Source of the DNA: an uncultured Clostridia bacterium
GTDB lineage: Bacteria > Bacillota > Clostridia > TANB77 > CAG-508
Assembly (NCBI GenBank): GCA_944388665.1
Contig: CALXJQ010000001.1
Coordinates: forward strand, 1-54,346
DNA length: 54,346 nucleotides
Direction of reading: 5' to 3'
Part shown: piece by piece, positions 38,079 through 48,245 of the stretch
Numbering within the stretch: the stretch's first letter is position 1
Layout: every line of letters begins with the position of its first letter
Position numbers and translations under genes: made by a program
Notes under the pieces: model-generated
The model's input: only the letters and a program-made list of their open reading frames with translations
The model's database searches: none
Told to the model about the DNA's origin: nothing

Positions 38079-40484
38079 TTATTTTTTTACTTCAAATTTT
38101 AATTTTTCGTCATTAGAATTTTTGTCATAATCCACATAAACTGTTTGGCCATCCAATAATTCTCCTCTTAATATCATCTCAGATAGTTCATCTTCTAAAT
38201 ATCTTTGTATTGCTCTTCTAAGTGGCCTTGCACCAAACTTAATGTTAGTTCCTTTATCTAGTAGAAAATGCTTAGCAGCTGTAGAAACTTCCATATTTAT
38301 GTCTTTATCTTTCAAGGCTTTTAAAGTATCTTTAAGCATAAGATCAACAATTTGTAATAGCTGGTCTGGTGTAAGTGGATCAAATGAAACAATTTCATCA
38401 ACTCTGTTTAAAAATTCTGGCCTAAAGAATTCTTTTAAACTATCCATAACTTTATTTTTACTAATAGTTCCGCCACCAAAACCAATTGAATTATTATTCA
38501 AATTTGACCCTGCATTTGAAGTCATAATAATTATTGTATTAGAAAAACTAACAGTATTTCCTTGACTATCAGTCAATTTTCCGTCATCCAAGACTTGTAA
38601 CAATATATTAAATACGTCAGGATGTGCTTTTTCAATTTCGTCCAATAAAATTATAGAATATGGTTTTCTTTTAACCTTTTCCGTTAATTGACCTGCATCA
38701 TCGTAGCCAACATATCCAGGAGGTGCACCTATTAATTTAGAAGTAGAGTGACTTTCCATATATTCGGACATATCTATTCTAATAATAGAGTCTTCACTTC
38801 CAAACATTTCGTAAGCTAAAGCTTTTGCAAGTTCAGTTTTACCAACTCCAGTAGGCCCTACAAAAATGAAAGAAGGTGGCCTTTTTGTACTTTGCAATCC
38901 TGCACGGTTTCTTCTTATAGCTCTGGCAACACTGCTTACAGCTTCATCTTGACCAATAATTCTTTTGTGAAGATTGGTCTCTAAATTTAAAAGTTTTTGA
39001 GTTTCAGCTTCTGTTATTTTTTTAACAGGAATTTTAGTCCAATTCTCAATAACATTAGCTATATCTTGTACAGTTAATTGCTTCAATTTCATCTTTTTAT
39101 TCAAATTATCAATTTGATCAATTAATTGACATTCTCTAGTCTTTAAATCTGCAGCTTTTTGATAATCTTCTGTAGAGTCAGCAGCAACAACTTCTTCTTT
39201 TTCAGCTTGCACACTGCTTAACTCTTGACGAAGCATCTCCAATTTATATAAGTCTTTATTTTCTAGGTTGATTCTTGAGCAAGCTTCATCCAAAATATCT
39301 ATAGCCTTATCAGGCAAAAATCTATCATGTATATATTTTTCAGACATAATTACTGCTTGCCTAATAACATCAGAAGATATTTTAACTTTATGATAATCTT
39401 CATAATATTTCTTAATTCCTTCAAGAATCTTAATACTATCATCTATAGTAGGCTCTTCAATTAAAACTGGTTGAAATCTTCGCTCTAATGCAGAGTCCTT
39501 TTCAATATATTTTCTATATTCTTTAAGGGTAGTAGTTCCAATTATTTGAACATCTCCATTAGATAGGGCTGGCTTTAAAATATTAGCTGCATTCATTGAA
39601 TGTTCTCCATCACCAGCACCAATTATATTATGAATTTCATCAATAACTAAGATGATATTGCCAAATTCTTTACATTCATCAATAATGCCTTTCATTCTTG
39701 ACTCAAATTGACCTCTAAACTGTGTGCCAGCAATAACTGCAGTCATATCTAATAAATATATTTCTTTATTTAATAATTTTGCAGGAACATTTTTATTGGC
39801 AATTTTTATAGCTAAACCTTGAGCAATAGCTGTTTTACCAACTCCCGGCTCACCAATTAAACAAGGATTATTTTTAGAGCGTCTATTTAAAATTTGAATA
39901 ATCCTTTGAATTTCTTTGTCTCTGCCAATAACAATGTCTAATTCATTATTTTGTGCTTTAGCAGTTAAATTTGTTCCAAAAGTATCTAAGAACCTTTTCT
40001 TTTTATTTTGTTTTGTATTTTTCCTTTTTTCTACTTTAACCTTTTTTCTAGCACCAGAAGGCTCTCCTTGAGCTTCACTTTGTCTATTATTTTGTCCATT
40101 AAACAAATTAGTAAAAAGAGAACCAAGTGGAATAGCAGTACCTGAAATTCTAGGACCATCTACACCATCATTGCCATCTCCAGTTGGTATATTATTAAAT
40201 GTAATTGCTCCTTCCATATTTTCTAAATCATCTAAATTTATATTTTCTGCTAAATCTCTGAAGATATTTTCAAATTGCTCTGTCATATCATTTATATTTA
40301 CAGTATTATTTGAAAGTATTTTATTTTGTTGTGAGAGTGTTTCTACTGGATTTATGCCATGCTTTTTAGCACACTCATAACAATATCCTTCTAATTTTTC
40401 TTGTCCATTTTCTATCTTTTTATAAAAAAGAATTGCTGGATTTTTATTACAATCTGAACATAACATATTCCCTAAATTCCTCAT
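38079..40484 (-). CDS. clpE: Two-domain AAA+ Clp/Hsp100 ATPase with an N-terminal Cys4 zinc-ribbon (ClpE-like)
   Basis: CSDCNK..CYECAK at the N-terminus, Walker A1 GEPGVGKT and Walker A2 GPTGVGKT. There are no Clp_N repeats. Confidence 0.8.
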   Translation of the reverse strand: MRNLGNMLCSDCNKNPAILFYKKIENGQEKLEGYCYECAKKHGINPVETLSQQNKILSNNTVNINDMTEQFENIFRDLAENINLDDLENMEGAITFNNIPTGDGNDGVDGPRISGTAIPLGSLFTNLFNGQNNRQSEAQGEPSGARKKVKVEKRKNTKQNKKKRFLDTFGTNLTAKAQNNELDIVIGRDKEIQRIIQILNRRSKNNPCLIGEPGVGKTAIAQGLAIKIANKNVPAKLLNKEIYLLDMTAVIAGTQFRGQFESRMKGIIDECKEFGNIILVIDEIHNIIGAGDGEHSMNAANILKPALSNGDVQIIGTTTLKEYRKYIEKDSALERRFQPVLIEEPTIDDSIKILEGIKKYYEDYHKVKISSDVIRQAVIMSEKYIHDRFLPDKAIDILDEACSRINLENKDLYKLEMLRQELSSVQAEKEEVVAADSTEDYQKAADLKTRECQLIDQIDNLNKKMKLKQLTVQDIANVIENWTKIPVKKITEAETQKLLNLETNLHKRIIGQDEAVSSVARAIRRNRAGLQSTKRPPSFIFVGPTGVGKTELAKALAYEMFGSEDSIIRIDMSEYMESHSTSKLIGAPPGYVGYDDAGQLTEKVKRKPYSIILLDEIEKAHPDVFNILLQVLDDGKLTDSQGNTVSFSNTIIIMTSNAGSNLNNNSIGFGGGTISKNKVMDSLKEFFRPEFLNRVDEIVSFDPLTPDQLLQIVDLMLKDTLKALKDKDINMEVSTAAKHFLLDKGTNIKFGARPLRRAIQRYLEDELSEMILRGELLDGQTVYVDYDKNSNDEKLKFEVKK

Positions 40485-40625
40485 TTCTATAATATTTTAA
40501 TAAATTTATAATATACAATATAATACCTCAAAAATACTGATTAGTCAATAAAAATGTTGATAAAATAAACAATAAATGTTATAATTAAACTACAATTTTA
40601 ATCATAAAAACAAGGGAGTAATACC

Positions 40626-41489
40626 ATGAATGTAACATTACCAGAGAAGTTTAAATTAAAGAAAAAACAAATCATAATATATGTGTCTATAATAGTATTT
40701 TGTATTATTGCTATTATTATAGCATCTTATGTACAATTTTATGCAAGAATTGATTTTGCAAGTTTACTTGGAATAGGTGCAGATTCAGACGAATATCAAG
40801 AAAAAACGGTAGAAGAAGAACAAGAACTAGAAAATAATTTTGAGAGTTTGTTTAGTAATACGGTATCAAATGTGAGTGAACAAAATAATGAAAAGCGTCA
40901 AGATAAAACAAAGCCATTAGTATATGATGCACAGACTTTGCAAGAAAATGATGGAAATGCCTACAACATAAATGTTCATATACCATATATTAATGTAAAC
41001 AATGATATAATAGATGGCTATAACAAAGAAATAGAAGAAACTTTCACAAACAAGGTAAATAGTGTTATAGCAGAAGGCGGAAACACAATATATGATGTAG
41101 AATATACAGCAAATGTTGAATATGATATTTTGTCAGTAATGATAAAATCAGATTTAAAAGAAGGGACTAATGCGCAAAGGCTTATAATACAGACATATAA
41201 CTATGACTTGAGAAATAATAAATCCATAAGCTTAGAAGAAGTACTAAAAATCAAGGGAATAGATATTAATACTGCTCAAGAAAAAATTAATACAGAAATA
41301 GCAGGTGAACAAAAAAGAGTAGAAGACCTAGCTGCATTAGGATATAATATTTATAGTCGAGACACTTCAAATTCTATGTATCAAATTGCCAACACAACAG
41401 AATTTTATTTAACAGATAATGCAATATATATAATGTATCCTTATGGAAATAATAGCTATACAACTGAAATGGATATGATAATATTATAA
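40626..41489 (+). CDS. Membrane-anchored hypothetical protein (possibly DUF4163/DUF3298-like)
   Basis: N-terminal TM helix and an extracellular domain. The family assignment is from weak recollection only. Confidence 0.5.
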   Translation: MNVTLPEKFKLKKKQIIIYVSIIVFCIIAIIIASYVQFYARIDFASLLGIGADSDEYQEKTVEEEQELENNFESLFSNTVSNVSEQNNEKRQDKTKPLVYDAQTLQENDGNAYNINVHIPYINVNNDIIDGYNKEIEETFTNKVNSVIAEGGNTIYDVEYTANVEYDILSVMIKSDLKEGTNAQRLIIQTYNYDLRNNKSISLEEVLKIKGIDINTAQEKINTEIAGEQKRVEDLAALGYNIYSRDTSNSMYQIANTTEFYLTDNAIYIMYPYGNNSYTTEMDMIIL

Positions 41490-41494
41490 AAAAA

Positions 41495-41525
41495 TAGAAC
41501 TTCCAATAAAGGAAGTTCTATTTTT
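41495..41525 (+). terminator. Rho-independent terminator
   Basis: tagaacttcc/ggaagttcta perfect 10-bp stem followed by ttttt. Confidence 0.85.
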
Positions 41526-41630
41526 GAAAATAAAAGGGGATGTTTTTAATTTCAAATCAGTATTACTTAACTGATTATGGTTATATTCTAACAGTCAAAT
41601 TTGTCCATTTTGTGAACTGAAAGTGAAAAG

Positions 41631-42923
41631 TTAAGGTTGTTCACCTAAAGTTATTGTTAATTCTCTTTCTTCTCCATCTCTATTTACTTTTATTTTCAAT
41701 TCATCACCAATTTTATGAGAATTCTTAATGTCATTTAATTCATCCATAGTTTTAATTGACTTGCCATCAGCCTCAATAATTACATCACCTATTTTAATGC
41801 CAGCTTTTTCTGCTGCAGAGAAATCATCAACAGCTTTAACATAAATACCCTCAACTAAATGATTTTGTTTTGCTAAATCAGCAGTTAAATCTATTCCAGT
41901 AATACCAATATAAGGCCTACTTACTTTACCATTTGAAATTAATTGCTCAGTAATACTTTCTGTAGAATTAATTGGAATAGCAAATCCCATACCTTCAATT
42001 CCTGTACCATAAAGCTTTAAAGTGTTTACACCAATTACTTGACCTTGGCTATTTACTAAAGCACCACCACTATTACCAGCATTAATTGCAGCATCAGTTT
42101 GAATTAAAGTATAAGTTTTTCCATCAGAATCTGTAATTTTTCTATTTACTGCACTAATAACACCACAAGTAATAGTACTTTGCATATCAAGTGGGTTTCC
42201 TACAGCCATAGCAAATTCACCTACTTTAACAGCATCAGAATCTGCAAATTCAGCTTTTGTAAGACCAGTTTTATCAATTTTTATAACTGCTAAATCTGTT
42301 TGCTCATCTGTACCAACTATTTTGGCATCATATTGTGTGTCATCGTTAAACAATGTGACAGTTATTTTTGTAGCTTTTGAAACATCATAATTGTAATAAG
42401 AGTTTGAAGAAGAACTATTATTAGAAACGATGTGATTATTAGTTAAAATATATCCATCATCACTAATTATAATGCCAGAACCACTTGCTGTTGAAGTTAT
42501 ATTTTGACCATTTGAGCCAAACATACTAATTAATGAACTTGAAGTATATTCTACTTGTATGCCAACAATAGATGGCAATATTTTATTTGCGGCATATACT
42601 GCTGTGTCAGAATAATTTGATAATGATGCTTGAGACACATAAGCATTGCTAGAAGAACTATTAGAACTACCGGCGTTGCTTGAAGTAGACCCATTTAATA
42701 TATCAGCTCTTATAGAAGGTACACCAAAACAAGTACCTATAACAACAGCACATCCAACTATTCCACTAAAGAAGGGCAATAAAATGCTTCTTCCAAAGCC
42801 AGATTTGTTTTTATTTTTTTTCTCTTTTTCTGAAGTATAAGATACACTGTATGTACCGGGATTTTGAACTGTTTTAAATCCTTGAAAGTTTCCCTCTCTT
42901 TTTTCATCTTTTTTTTCTTCCAT
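41631..42923 (-). CDS. htrA: HtrA/DegP-family serine protease (trypsin-like S1C plus PDZ)
   Basis: Catalytic motifs TNNHIV, DLAVIKI and GNSGGALVN, with a C-terminal PDZ domain. ATG at 42923 follows GGAGG. Confidence 0.9.
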   Translation of the reverse strand: MEEKKDEKREGNFQGFKTVQNPGTYSVSYTSEKEKKNKNKSGFGRSILLPFFSGIVGCAVVIGTCFGVPSIRADILNGSTSSNAGSSNSSSSNAYVSQASLSNYSDTAVYAANKILPSIVGIQVEYTSSSLISMFGSNGQNITSTASGSGIIISDDGYILTNNHIVSNNSSSSNSYYNYDVSKATKITVTLFNDDTQYDAKIVGTDEQTDLAVIKIDKTGLTKAEFADSDAVKVGEFAMAVGNPLDMQSTITCGVISAVNRKITDSDGKTYTLIQTDAAINAGNSGGALVNSQGQVIGVNTLKLYGTGIEGMGFAIPINSTESITEQLISNGKVSRPYIGITGIDLTADLAKQNHLVEGIYVKAVDDFSAAEKAGIKIGDVIIEADGKSIKTMDELNDIKNSHKIGDELKIKVNRDGEERELTITLGEQP

Positions 42924-43112
42924 TTTAAAGACCTCCAATTTCAATATCATTATTAATATAATAACAAATTTTAATATAATAATACAACAGATTTGTGAAA
43001 ATTTTGTGAAAAAAATGTAATAAATAGAGTCACATTTTTCAAAAATTGTATTGAAAAAAAGTCAATTAAAATATATAATATGAGTAATTATGAGAAAGGA
43101 ATGAATAATAAT

Positions 43113-43670
43113 ATGAAAGAAAAAATAAAACAAGAAAGAGGAGTAACATTATTTGCATTAGTAGTTATGATAATGGTATTAGCCATTATTGCAGGGATTG
43201 CACTATATAGTGGCAAAGAAGTAATTAATAATGCAAACTTAGAAAGTATGAGAACAAACATGATGTTAATAGAAGCTAAAGCAAGAGAATATATTGAGGA
43301 TGCAGACTTTAAAATGGGTACATCACCAGATGATGCAAAAAAAGAAAGTGTTAGGCAAGAAGTATATGTAAATGATGCAAAATTAAAAAGAGCTTATGGG
43401 GATGATGGAAATGCAAAAATATCTGAACTTTCAAATGTAACAATGCCTAGTGAGGTAGATACCTTAAGTGCTGCAGACAAGAAAAAAATATACTATGTTA
43501 CACCAGAGGCAATGCAACAATGGGGATTAAATGATATAAAAATAGATAATGGCGAAGCTTATTTAATTAGGCTTGATGACGACACAGACGATTTAAAAGT
43601 TGAAGTATATAATACTTTAGGATTTCAAGGTAATTATTCATTAACAGAATTAAATGCACTTGATATGTAA
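43113..43670 (+). CDS. Prepilin-like protein (N-terminal cleavage/methylation-type hydrophobic segment, atypical)
   Basis: ERG|VTLFALVVMIMVLAIIAG resembles a class III signal peptide but lacks the usual Glu at +5. The start is uncertain. Confidence 0.45.
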   Translation: MKEKIKQERGVTLFALVVMIMVLAIIAGIALYSGKEVINNANLESMRTNMMLIEAKAREYIEDADFKMGTSPDDAKKESVRQEVYVNDAKLKRAYGDDGNAKISELSNVTMPSEVDTLSAADKKKIYYVTPEAMQQWGLNDIKIDNGEAYLIRLDDDTDDLKVEVYNTLGFQGNYSLTELNALDM

Positions 43671-43695
43671 TTTTAGCAAGGAATGTGATAATAAA

Positions 43696-44328
43696 ATGAA
43701 AGAAAAAGAAATTGAAAGACTAACTCAATTAAAAAAACAAGAAAAAGAATTACATTCAAAAGGCTTTAAATATATATGTGGAATAGATGAAGCAGGACGA
43801 GGACCTTTAGCAGGTCCGGTTGCAGTAGCTGGAGTAATTATGCCAGAAGATTCAATGATAGAAGGAGTAAATGACTCAAAAAAAGTTTCAGAAAAGAAAA
43901 GAGAAAAACTATATGACTTAATTACAGAGCAAGCAATAAGCTACTTTGTAGCAATAATTAATCATGATGTTATTGATAATATAAATATATTAAATGCAAC
44001 AAAACAGGGGGTTACCCAAGTGATAGATGGCCTAGAAGTAAAGCCAGACTTAATTTTAGTAGATGCCCTAACACATATAAATACAAGAGGAATTCCTTAT
44101 GATTCAATAATAAAAGGAGATGCAAAGTGCTATAGCATTTCTGCAGCTTCTATTTTAGCCAAAGTCACAAGAGACAGAATAATGAGGCAGTGGGATGAAA
44201 TATATCCACAATATGGATTTGCACAAAATAAGGGATATGGTACCAAAATGCATATTGAGGCGATTAGAAAGTATGGGCTTTGCCCTATTCATCGTAAGTC
44301 ATTTACCACCCACTTTGTTGTCAAATAA
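43696..44328 (+). CDS. rnhB: Ribonuclease HII
   Basis: GIDEAGRGPLAGPV, DSKK and AASILAKVTRD. Confidence 0.93.
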   Translation: MKEKEIERLTQLKKQEKELHSKGFKYICGIDEAGRGPLAGPVAVAGVIMPEDSMIEGVNDSKKVSEKKREKLYDLITEQAISYFVAIINHDVIDNINILNATKQGVTQVIDGLEVKPDLILVDALTHINTRGIPYDSIIKGDAKCYSISAASILAKVTRDRIMRQWDEIYPQYGFAQNKGYGTKMHIEAIRKYGLCPIHRKSFTTHFVVK

Positions 44329-44356
44329 AAAGAACCTTGAGAAAGAGAGTATAAAT

Positions 44357-45664
44357 ATGAGAATATTAGATATAATTGAGAATAAGAAGAACAAAAAAGA
44401 ACTATCTAAAGAAGAAATACAATTTTTTATTAAAGGATATACCAGTGGCGAGATTACAGACTATCAAGCTGCTGCTTTAATAATGGCAATGTATTTAAAT
44501 GGAATGAGTAATAAAGAGACGGCAGACCTAACCATTGCTATGGCTTATTCTGGAGATACACTAGATTTATCTAGCTTAAATGAAATTATAGTTGATAAAC
44601 ATTCAACAGGTGGCGTAGGGGATAAAGTGTCTTTAATATTGCTTCCTATTATTAGCTCTTTAGGAGTTCCTGTAGCAAAAATGTCAGGAAGGGGACTTGG
44701 CTTTACAGGTGGCACAGTAGATAAACTTCAATCAATCCCTGGATATAACACAAATTTAACTACAGAAGAATTTATAAAACAAGTAAAAGAAATTGGTATT
44801 AGCATGATTTCCCAAACTTTAAACTTAGCACCAGCAGATAAAAAAATTTATGCATTAAGGGATTCAATTGCATGTGTGGATAGTATTTCTTTAATAGCAT
44901 CTAGCATAATGAGCAAAAAGATAGCAAGTGGAGCGCAAAAAATACTAATAGATGTAACTGTAGGCAGTGGAGCATTTATGAAAAATATAAAAGATGCTAA
45001 AAAGCTTGCTTCAGAAATAATAGAAATTGGTAAACTTGCAAATAGAGAAACATTATGTGTATTAACTAATATGGATGAGCCACTTGGTTATGCAGTAGGA
45101 AATAACTTAGAAGTGATAGAAGCAATAAACTTCCTAAAAGGTGAAGTTATGCCAGAAGATTTGAAAAAAGTAGTACTAGAGCTAGGTGCATACATGATAA
45201 AGTTAGCTGGCAAAGGTGAAAACTTAGAAAATAGTAAGCAAGCTATGCTAGAAAGCATAAATAATAAAAAAGCCTATAACAAATTTTTAGAGCTAGTAAA
45301 ACATCAAGGAGGAGACACATCTTACATAGAAAATGTCGAGAATTTTGAAAAAGCTAAATTTATGAAGCCAATCTATTCAGAAAAAAGTGGAAATATTGCT
45401 AAAATAAATGCAGAAGAAATAGGAAAATTAGCAAATTTCTTAGGCGCAGGCAGAGAAAAAATGGAAGACAAAATAGATGATGCAGTTGGAATAGTATTAT
45501 CAACAAAAGTAGGAAGAAAAGTGCAAAAAGATGATGTAATAGCATATATTTATGCAAATGACATGAATAAATTAGAATTAGCAAGTGAAAAAATAAAAGA
45601 TATAATAAAAATTACGGAAGACCCAGTAAGAAAAAATAAAATGATTTTAGATGTAATTATGTAA
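44357..45664 (+). CDS. pdp: Pyrimidine-nucleoside (thymidine) phosphorylase
   Basis: ITDYQAAALIMAMYLNGM, DKHSTGGVGDK and SGRGLGFTGGTVDKL. Confidence 0.92.
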   Translation: MRILDIIENKKNKKELSKEEIQFFIKGYTSGEITDYQAAALIMAMYLNGMSNKETADLTIAMAYSGDTLDLSSLNEIIVDKHSTGGVGDKVSLILLPIISSLGVPVAKMSGRGLGFTGGTVDKLQSIPGYNTNLTTEEFIKQVKEIGISMISQTLNLAPADKKIYALRDSIACVDSISLIASSIMSKKIASGAQKILIDVTVGSGAFMKNIKDAKKLASEIIEIGKLANRETLCVLTNMDEPLGYAVGNNLEVIEAINFLKGEVMPEDLKKVVLELGAYMIKLAGKGENLENSKQAMLESINNKKAYNKFLELVKHQGGDTSYIENVENFEKAKFMKPIYSEKSGNIAKINAEEIGKLANFLGAGREKMEDKIDDAVGIVLSTKVGRKVQKDDVIAYIYANDMNKLELASEKIKDIIKITEDPVRKNKMILDVIM

Positions 45665-45678
45665 TTTTTATTAAAATA

Positions 45679-45708
45679 TTGAAAAGGCAAATAGTTTTAT
45701 GTTATAAT
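45679..45708 (+). promoter_or_regulatory. Sigma-A type promoter with an extended -10 (TTGAAA-18 bp-TGtTATAAT) upstream of the small ORF and cdaA
   Basis: TTGAAA at 45679-45684 and TATAAT at 45703-45708, preceded by TG. Confidence 0.55.
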
Positions 45709-45742
45709 ATATCTTGATAGTAATTTTATAGAGGTGAAGAAA

Positions 45743-45874
45743 ATGAAAAAAAAGCAAGAAAAAGTACGTAAACATTATGATAAGGCACAAGTCTGCATAA
45801 AAATACTAGCAGTATTTGTAGCAGTATTAATGATAGCTTCAACAGGTGCAACACTTATATATGCACTAATGTAG
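45743..45874 (+). CDS. Small membrane protein (43 aa), not in the ORF track
   Basis: GAGGTG RBS 6 nt before the ATG. MKKKQEKVRKHYDKAQVCIKILAVFVAVLMIASTGATLIYALM has a basic N-terminus and one TM helix. It ends 15 nt before cdaA. Confidence 0.55.
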   Translation: MKKKQEKVRKHYDKAQVCIKILAVFVAVLMIASTGATLIYALM

Positions 45875-45889
45875 TAAAAGGAGAAATAA

Positions 45890-46819
45890 ATGGTATCAAA
45901 TTTAGGAATAAATTGGGAAAATTTTTATACAGAAAATATTGTGGCTTATATAAAATCATTACAAGAAAATCCATTCGAATTAGTAACATTGATCTTAGAC
46001 TTAGCAATTGTAATCTTTTTAGTATATTGTTGTATTAGAGTAGTAAAAGGCTCAAGGGCTTGGCAATTAATAAAAGGAATTGCACTATTAATAGTGGCTA
46101 CTTGGATAAGTGGATTGCTAAATTTAAAAATTCTTAATTGGATTTTAACTGGAATTATGAACTGGGGAGTAATAGCAATAATTGTTATCTTCCAGCCAGA
46201 GCTAAGGCGTGCGCTAGAACAACTTGGCACAAATAAGCTTACAAAATTTTTTGGAATTAATAAAGATGTAGAAACAAAAACTAAAGAAGACATTTATAAA
46301 GTAGTTATTGCAGCAACAGAACTAGCAAAAACAAAAACTGGAGCATTAATTGTTTTAGAACGAGATATAAAAATACAAGATATAATTTCAACTGGAATAT
46401 CGCTAGATGCAGAAGTATCACCACAATTATTAGTAAATATATTTCAGCCAAACACACCATTACATGATGGTGCAGTTATAATTGCTGGAAACAAAATAGC
46501 AGCTGCAGCTTGCGTGTTGCCACTTGCAGATGATAAAGATATAGCTAAAGAATTAGGAACAAGGCACAGAGCAGCAATAGGTATATCTAAAGAATCAGAT
46601 GCTATTGTAGTTGTGGTTTCAGAAGAAACGGGAAAAATTTCTGTAGCAAAAGATGGAACTTTAATAGCAGATGTAAGAGAAGATGTTTTGAAAAAAATCT
46701 TAATAACTAATATAGTAACAAAAAGATTTGCTTCAGAAAAAACAGGAAAAGACAATATATTAAAAAAGATGAAAGATAAAAACAAAGTAAAAGAAAATAC
46801 AGATAAAAGGAGCGAATAA
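45890..46819 (+). CDS. cdaA: Diadenylate cyclase CdaA (membrane-bound DisA_N domain)
   Basis: Three N-terminal TM helices, then TGALIVLERD, PLHDGAVII and LGTRHRAAIGISKESDAIVVVVSEETG. Confidence 0.92.
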   Translation: MVSNLGINWENFYTENIVAYIKSLQENPFELVTLILDLAIVIFLVYCCIRVVKGSRAWQLIKGIALLIVATWISGLLNLKILNWILTGIMNWGVIAIIVIFQPELRRALEQLGTNKLTKFFGINKDVETKTKEDIYKVVIAATELAKTKTGALIVLERDIKIQDIISTGISLDAEVSPQLLVNIFQPNTPLHDGAVIIAGNKIAAAACVLPLADDKDIAKELGTRHRAAIGISKESDAIVVVVSEETGKISVAKDGTLIADVREDVLKKILITNIVTKRFASEKTGKDNILKKMKDKNKVKENTDKRSE

Positions 46820-46836
46820 AATAGCTCCTTTTATCT
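46801..46836 (+). terminator. Hairpin (13-bp perfect stem) overlapping the cdaA stop
   Basis: agataaaaggagc/gctccttttatct. The T tract is weak. Confidence 0.55.
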
Positions 46837-46871
46837 GCTAGATTAAAAGTAGAATTGGATGGAGAGTAAGC

Positions 46872-47612
46872 ATGCGAAATATTAAACTAATAATAGAATA
46901 TGATGGAAAAGACTTTAACGGCTGGCAGAGGCAACCAAATAAGTTAAATATACAAGGTACAATTGAAAATGCAATTACAAAAGTCACAGGAGAAGAAGTG
47001 AACTTAATTGCATCAGGAAGGACAGATGCTGGAGTACATGCATTGGGCCAAGTTGCAAATTTTAAAACAAATTCTACTATTCCAATAGAAAAAATTCCAC
47101 TTGCAATTAATTCTAGTTTAAAAAAATCAATTTTAATAAAATCTGCCGAAGAGGTTGACGAAAAATTTAATAGTAGATTAAGTTGCAAAAAAAAGACATA
47201 TAGATACATAATAAATAATTCAAGGTATGGAACAGCTATCTACAGAAATTTAGAAACACACATAGCATATAAATTAGACGTAGAAAAAATGCAACAGGCA
47301 ATTAAATATTTTGAAGGTGAACATGACTTTAAAGCCTTTAAAGCAAGTGGAACTAGCAGCAAGAATAGTGTAAGGACTATATATAGGGCAGAGGTTATGA
47401 AAAAAGAAGATGAAAGAATATGGATAGAATTAACTGGAAGCGGTTTTCTATACAATATGGTAAGAATAATTGCAGGGACTTTAGTTGATGTTGGAATGCA
47501 CAAAATAGAGCCAGAAGAAGTAAAAAAAATACTAGACTCAAAAGATAGAAAAAATGCAGGAAAAACTTTACAGCCACAAGGCTTATATTTAGTAAAAGTA
47601 GAATATGAATAA
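46872..47612 (+). CDS. truA: tRNA pseudouridine(38-40) synthase
   Basis: YDGKDFNGWQRQ, GRTDAGVHALGQV and FLYNMVRIIAGTL. Confidence 0.93.
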   Translation: MRNIKLIIEYDGKDFNGWQRQPNKLNIQGTIENAITKVTGEEVNLIASGRTDAGVHALGQVANFKTNSTIPIEKIPLAINSSLKKSILIKSAEEVDEKFNSRLSCKKKTYRYIINNSRYGTAIYRNLETHIAYKLDVEKMQQAIKYFEGEHDFKAFKASGTSSKNSVRTIYRAEVMKKEDERIWIELTGSGFLYNMVRIIAGTLVDVGMHKIEPEEVKKILDSKDRKNAGKTLQPQGLYLVKVEYE

Positions 47613-47672
47613 ATTAACAAAAAATAGTGCAAAGCATAGAATATAGTAATAAAATTAAAAAGGAGAACTACC

Positions 47673-48035
47673 ATGAATACTATATTACTTATATTTTTAG
47701 CTTTGCCATTGGCCACAGTTATAATATCAATAGCATTACAAAAAATTTTGAAATCTCCAATATTAGTTTCAGCTATTACTTTTGTTGTATTTTTAATAAT
47801 TGCACTAATATTCAACAATTTCGGACTTTTAGTTGCAGCAATTGCGTATGGAATACTTAGCTTTTTAACTGCATACATAGCTTGTATACTATGCAAAATA
47901 TCATCTGAAAGAGCTTCCAACTGTAACAATGGGTGCAATGACAACTGCAACTGTAATGAAATAGAAAATGCTTTACCTAGTGGCAATAATGGAAATTCAG
48001 GATGTATGTGCAGAAACTATAGGAGAAGAAGGTAA
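47673..48035 (+). CDS. Small membrane protein with a Cys/Asn-rich, Arg-terminated tail
   Basis: AAGGAG RBS. Three predicted TM segments are followed by CNNGCNDNCNCNE..GCMCRNYRRRR. Confidence 0.6.
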   Translation: MNTILLIFLALPLATVIISIALQKILKSPILVSAITFVVFLIIALIFNNFGLLVAAIAYGILSFLTAYIACILCKISSERASNCNNGCNDNCNCNEIENALPSGNNGNSGCMCRNYRRRR

Positions 48036-48039
48036 AAAT

Positions 48040-48209
48040 TTTTATAATTTACTGCTATTAATTTTATGTACGACAAAAATCTTATAATAAATAATTTTTT
48101 GTACCTTGTTGTTGCAACCTTACAATTAAAATAATAAAAACGTAAGGTTGCTCCAATTGCACTCGCTTCGCTCGTTTAATCGATTAATATTAGCAGTGAA
48201 TTATAAAAG
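48040..48209 (+). repeat. Structured element, copy 2: same conserved core as 26725-26802 but different flanking inverted arms
   Basis: Core TTGTACCTTGTTGTTGCAACCT (48099-48120) ... AGGTTGCTCCAATTGCACTCGCTTCGCTCGTTT (48145-48177). The arms ttttataatttactgctattaat / attaatattagcagtgaattataaaag pair with each other. Confidence 0.75.
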
Positions 48210-48245
48210 AATTATACTAAATCTAAGAAAGGATAGTAATAAAAT

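Noticed and set aside
44195-44356. The long N-terminal extension of the pdp ORF, which overlaps rnhB.
   Set aside because: The extension overlaps the rnhB coding frame. The conserved phosphorylase sequence begins at MRILDIIENKK (ATG 44357).
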